Part shown: piece after piece, positions 63,066-64,000 of the stretch
Position numbering within the stretch: the stretch's first letter is position 1
Layout of the letters: every line of letters begins with the position of its first letter
Source of the DNA: Vicugna vicugna
Lineage: Eukaryota
Length of the DNA: 64,000 nucleotides
Direction of reading: 5' to 3'
Assembly (NCBI GenBank): GCA_013265495.1
Contig: MU058221.1
Coordinates: 4,590,001 to 4,654,000, forward strand
The notes under the pieces: model-generated
Database searches by the model: none
What the model was told of the DNA's origin: nothing
Seen by the model: the letters and a program-made list of their open reading frames with translations, nothing else
Program-made: the position numbers and the translations under genes

Positions 63066-63323
63066 ATTTCAGACAAGGCTTCTGCTGCCTTTCTCCGCTT
63101 TTCAGCATCTAAGGTCGACTGCTGCTCCGGCTCCAGCTGGGGGCCTCTTTCCTGAACTCTGCTGCAAATGGTCCCTCAGCTCCTAAGGGCATATCGAGTT
63201 AAAACTCCTCTTTCCTACCACTGCCTCTTGTGCAAAGAGGTGGGCGGCACCCACAAAGGAACGGAAGCGTGACTAGCCCTGTTTCATCCTGTCTCGAGAA
63301 CTATCTGCCCGTGGTCCTGGCAC

Positions 63324-64000
63324 TTTTTTTTTACGTTTGTTTATTGAGTTATAGTCATTTTACAATGCTGTGCCAAATTCCAGTGAAGAGCACAATTTTT
63401 CAGTTATACATGAACATACATATATTCATTGTCACATTTTTTTTGCTGCGAGCCACCACAAGATCTTGTATATATTTCCCTGTGCTATACAGTATAATCT
63501 TATTTATCTATTCTGTAAATGCCTGTCAGTATTTACAAATTTTGAAATCCTGGTCTATCCCTTCCCACTCCCCTCCTCCTTGGCAACCACAAGTTTGTAT
63601 TCTGTCTATGAGTCTGCTTTCTGTTCTGTATTTATTTATTTATTTATTTTTTTGGATTCCACATATGAGCGATCTCATATGGTACTTTTCTCTTTCTGGC
63701 TTACTTCACTTAGAATGACATTCTCCAGGGACATCCATGTTGCTGCAGATGATGTTGTTGTCAGTTTTTATGGCTGAATAGTATTCCATTGTATCAATAT
63801 ACCACATCTTCTCTATCCAGTCATCTGTTGATGGACATTTAGGCTGTTTCCATGTCTTGGCTATTGTAAACAGTGCTGCTGTGAACATTCGGTTGCAGGT
63901 GTCATCCTGAAGTAGGGTTCTTACTGGATACAGGCCCAGGAGTGGGATTCCTGGGTCATATGGTAAGTCTGTTCCTAGTCTTTTGAGGAATCTCCATACT
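63324..64000 (-). mobile_element. Relatively young L1 3' end, continuing past the window end
   Basis: Peptide [41 protein letters not shown] plus 3'UTR and poly-T. Confidence 0.92.

Noticed and set aside
1..64000. A novel multi-gene system, CRISPR array or prokaryotic features
   Set aside because: The recognisable content is one spliced dynein gene plus ordinary mammalian repeats; I saw no repeat-spacer array or operon.

Overview
Mammalian genomic DNA, most likely a camelid (inferred from three vic-1-like tRNA-derived SINEs, cetartiodactyl-type L1 3' ends, and no recognisable Alu, BovB or PRE-1). The whole window lies inside the + strand gene DNAH6 (dynein axonemal heavy chain 6). I traced 31 consecutive internal coding exons from 259 to 61040. 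They total 4992 nt (1664 codons), splice in phase, and cover the end of AAA3, AAA4, the stalk/microtubule-binding domain, AAA5, the buttress, AAA6 and the start of the C-terminal domain. The gene continues beyond both window ends. Introns contain L1, L2, MIR, hAT MITEs, LTR remnants and microsatellites, and almost all other ORFs in the track are spurious. I found no evidence of a new biological system. The best observations are a SINE plus an L1 inserted at the same target site (triplicated TSD), a GC-AG intron, patchy CpG/GCG enrichment with a His->Arg change in a conserved dynein motif, a convergent pair of deleted L1s, and an intronic CpG/G4 island. Repeat family names come from remembered consensus features and repeat boundaries are approximate; nothing was checked against a database.
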